A stretch of DNA of 64,000 bases from a plasmid. The translations under genes were made by a program, and so were the position numbers. The notes under the pieces were generated by a model. That model did not search any database, was not told where the DNA came from, and was given only the letters and a program-made list of their open reading frames with translations. The DNA is taken from the NCBI RefSeq assembly GCF_055900595.2, contig NZ_JBVWEU010000003.1; one strand, written 5' to 3'. Positions 61,252 through 64,000 of the stretch are shown piece by piece (positions within the stretch are counted from its first letter, which is position 1; the number at the start of each line of letters is the position of its first letter).

Positions 61252-61323
61252 AAAAATATCTCCGTCAGGATAGTGTGATTATTCCTTTATGGTTCCATAA
61301 CCCGGCGTAGCTCCGTCGACTGG

Positions 61324-61704
61324 TTATAATTTTATCCGGGACCTGGCTTTAAGGGGTAATGCCACCTCTTTCCATTCACTACAGCTTCCGGGAATACGTT
61401 CTGTGCGTCGTATTATTCGTGTGTTCTGGCATACAATAATCAGGGCATTGTCTGCCGTCTGAAAAGGCATAATCGCAATGTTAATATCTTCTGTTGCCGG
61501 GATACAGATGACTTTCTTTTCACATGTATTGGTGTATATGACAACTCTGAATTTTTCTGCGGACATTTTCAATCCTCTTTTAAACCAGAATATCCCGTGA
61601 GGGCATTCTTTGTGAAAAAGTTCTGTGGACTTCTCTATGACGGCAGGTAATGCATCCAGCAGGGCAAGACGGAAGCGGAGGCTGGTCTGCTCATCCGAAA
61701 GCAC
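61324..61704 (-). CDS. Hypothetical protein (pilI/traD position)
   Basis: 126 aa; no motif recognised. Confidence 0.45.
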   Translation of the reverse strand: MLSDEQTSLRFRLALLDALPAVIEKSTELFHKECPHGIFWFKRGLKMSAEKFRVVIYTNTCEKKVICIPATEDINIAIMPFQTADNALIIVCQNTRIIRRTERIPGSCSEWKEVALPLKARSRIKL

Positions 61705-61842
61705 GTTAATGGCATCGTTCAGTGCGCGCTGTGCTTCTGCTTCTGCCAGACCTTTCTGACGGGTGGCCTCCGCCAGTTCAATAATTGCTGCTGCCTGGAG
61801 AAGTCAGCGGAGAGTGGCTGCTGTTGTGGCTGTCCCGGTATT

Positions 61843-62508
61843 TCAGTGTAACAGGTGATTGCTGTGATCTATGCCCCATTCGGCTTTCGGTAAACCTGAA
61901 TGCCCCACATGAAGAATGCGTGACAGCATGTTTCTGCCGCTGCCGTTCAGGCTGCATTCGCGTCCGTGCGCGAGTATAAAACCTTCATCCCGGAATATCT
62001 CTTCCACTTCTGAAGATTCGAGGGATGCCGGATGAATTAATGAAAATGCCACCGGTCTGAGCATTCTGCCCGTGGTGGAAAAGGTGTCTCTGGTACTGTT
62101 CAGCTGCAGGATATGACGTTTACCTGTTTGCGCACGGGAAAGTGTCTCACTCAGCAGCTGGTCGTTCCATGCGCACGTGCCAATCTGCCATCCCAGACTT
62201 CGGCACGCGGAAAGAGCCGAGCGGAAGCGGTACAGGTCGTATAATGCTGCGTTATTGCCACTTTCCAGCAGTGATTTCAGCGTATTTGCTACCGGTATGT
62301 CCGTATTAGTGGCCAGCAGTTTTCGCAGAGTCGTAAACTCTTCTGCCATTCCTCTGAACTCGCGCATCTGACGGGCAGTGTCAAGCCAGTTCAGCAGGTA
62401 ACGCCGGCGACGCCGTTCGTTGTTTATGTTGTCCGGGGCGGTGGAGAGTGCTTCGAGCATATTCTCCAGTAACAGAATGACAGGGTTTTCCTGGGATAGA
62501 ATGGTCAT
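61843..62508 (-). CDS. traC: TraC-position transfer regulator
   Basis: 221 aa; immediately downstream of the NusG-like traB; positional assignment. Confidence 0.5.
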   Translation of the reverse strand: MTILSQENPVILLLENMLEALSTAPDNINNERRRRRYLLNWLDTARQMREFRGMAEEFTTLRKLLATNTDIPVANTLKSLLESGNNAALYDLYRFRSALSACRSLGWQIGTCAWNDQLLSETLSRAQTGKRHILQLNSTRDTFSTTGRMLRPVAFSLIHPASLESSEVEEIFRDEGFILAHGRECSLNGSGRNMLSRILHVGHSGLPKAEWGIDHSNHLLH

Positions 62509-62648
62509 AAAGGCGTCCTGAAAAAATGCCCGACAGCCGCTCTCCGTACACCCTCAGGTGTCACCGGTGCCGGGCATTGTGGAAACAGAAGGGAAAAAAA
62601 TCCCGGCCATAAAGGCCGGGAAAAGTCGTCAAATTAAGACAGCAATTT

Positions 62649-63290
62649 TCATGTCAACGCTCCGTCATCAGATACCAGGTGCAGGAGCAGGGCGATCCTC
62701 GACTCCGGCAGAGGCTGTGCATCAAGCCGGAGGAGGTACTGGTAACGCGCTTTTGTCAGCCAGAGGGTGGAGGCAGCATCCAGCTCCTCCCTGGCTGCCG
62801 GATTGAGCGCAGGATCCGGGTACACTTTCATTAAAGACTGAACGATATCCTCCCTGACGGTTTTGATTTCACCGGCCATTTTCACGAAGCCCAGAAAGGC
62901 ACTGTGACGGCGCAGGTGAGTGAAAGCGTGGCGTTCGGGGTCTGCTTTCAGGAAGAAGTAACCGGGAAACACGGCGTGTATATGTCGACGGTAACCACAG
63001 ACTTTATCCGTGCGGCGGACTTTTTTCAGTATCAGGGGTGTCCAGGGAAGGACGTGTTGTTCGGAAAGCCAGGAAAAGAGATGTTCGCGGTTTTTGCCGG
63101 CAGGGATGTACTGAGCCAGATACCAGTTGCGTTGATGTAATTCACTGATATTCAAAATCCGGAACGCTCCGCGAAAATCGATCCCCGCAGGGGGGCTTCG
63201 ATGTTGTTGTGAACGGCGAATACATAAAGCATGTGTCGGAAACAGCGGCTGACCCACGTTCAGCCCGGCCTGCAGTTCTGACAGGCACAT
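62649..63290 (-). CDS. traB: TraB, NusG/RfaH-like transcription antiterminator
   Basis: NGN-domain motifs (WYLAQYIPAGKNREHL..., HAVFPGYFFLKA); first gene of the - strand transfer regulon in this window. Confidence 0.7.
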   Translation of the reverse strand: MCLSELQAGLNVGQPLFPTHALCIRRSQQHRSPPAGIDFRGAFRILNISELHQRNWYLAQYIPAGKNREHLFSWLSEQHVLPWTPLILKKVRRTDKVCGYRRHIHAVFPGYFFLKADPERHAFTHLRRHSAFLGFVKMAGEIKTVREDIVQSLMKVYPDPALNPAAREELDAASTLWLTKARYQYLLRLDAQPLPESRIALLLHLVSDDGALT

Positions 63291-64000
63291 GATTTACGCA
63301 CTCTTGTAAGCCTTGTGGACGGTTTCGAGGCGGGCGAAAACCGACAACTCCTGCAAACAGGATTAATGGCTGGAAAATATATTACATAAGGATGTATCTG
63401 TGGCAAGAGTTAATATAAGTAGTTGAATAGATCGTTATATTTGATAAATCAGCATATCATGCTGATTTGTGTGCAGTGTCTGGAGGATTAGATCGTTTAA
63501 AAATTTTAGGCGATCTCTTCTACTAAAAATGATGAAAAATACAGCATAAAAGATCGTTTGTGAAATTGTTCATTTTTTGACACAGTTCAAAAAAACGACG
63601 CTTTTTCGGGGAGTTAAAGAGGGCCACTGTAACCCTGAGAAATCATGTCGGCTTTTCAAAGCGGTGGAAAAGGGGTATATTGCGGATCGTTATGCAGTGG
63701 CTTTTGGGATCGTCAGGATCCGGGAAGTCAGAAAACGGCAGGATGCGCCATAAGGCATTCAGGACGTATGGCAGAAACGACGGCAGTTTGCCGGTGCCGG
63801 AAGGCTGAAAAAAGTTTCAGAAGGCCATAAAGGAAAACCCCCACTATCTTTCGTCGAACTTTGGCGGGATCGTGAAAGATAGTGGGGGCCTCACAGAATA
63901 CGGGATAAGTATATATGAAACCGTGTCAGAGATTCAACCCTTTGCAGTGCATTAACGCACGGCAATTTGTTCCCGCCATAAGCGACAGCTTGTGGCGGCC

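Noticed and set aside
63300-64000. Possible traA or another small gene in the AT-rich region upstream of traB
   Set aside because: No convincing ORF with an RBS; only a 61-aa + strand frame (63645-63830) with odd composition. Treated as a promoter or intergenic region; the window ends before anything further can be judged.

Overview
This window reads as a near-complete conjugative-transfer module of an IncI1/R64-like (I-complex) enterobacterial plasmid, identified by recall and manual reading of the six-frame track; no database search was run. Positions 1-10550 are the leading region: ssb, a DUF905-like gene, a ParB-like gene, psiB, psiA and ardA all lie on the + strand, interspersed with repeated GC-rich hairpin-rich elements that resemble ssi/Frpo single-strand promoters, plus several uncharacterised ORFs, an Rpn-family nuclease and a free-standing Rpn C-terminal-like mini-ORF. 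An R64-like oriT with a MOBP-type ATCCTG nick motif sits at about 10600-10777, followed by nikA-nikB. The rest of the window, almost entirely on the - strand, is a Dot/Icm-like type IVB secretion system (trbCBA, traY to traE, with the Sog primase), the rci recombinase with a two-segment shufflon, the thin-pilus operon pilL-pilV and the regulators traC and traB. An IS1 copy lacking target-site duplications and carrying a nonsense codon in insB sits where the entry-exclusion gene excA would be expected; no ExcA-like ORF was recognised. The best candidates for undescribed biology are (a) the uncharacterised leading-region ORFs behind ssi-like elements, above all the oriT-proximal 9276-10124 gene and the Rpn plus Rpn-C-terminal-like pair, (b) a two-gene membrane-protein insertion between pilP and pilQ, and (c) an AT-rich convergent pair of small membrane proteins upstream of pilL. 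Most other ORFs in the supplied track are antisense or overlapping artefacts of GC-rich coding DNA.
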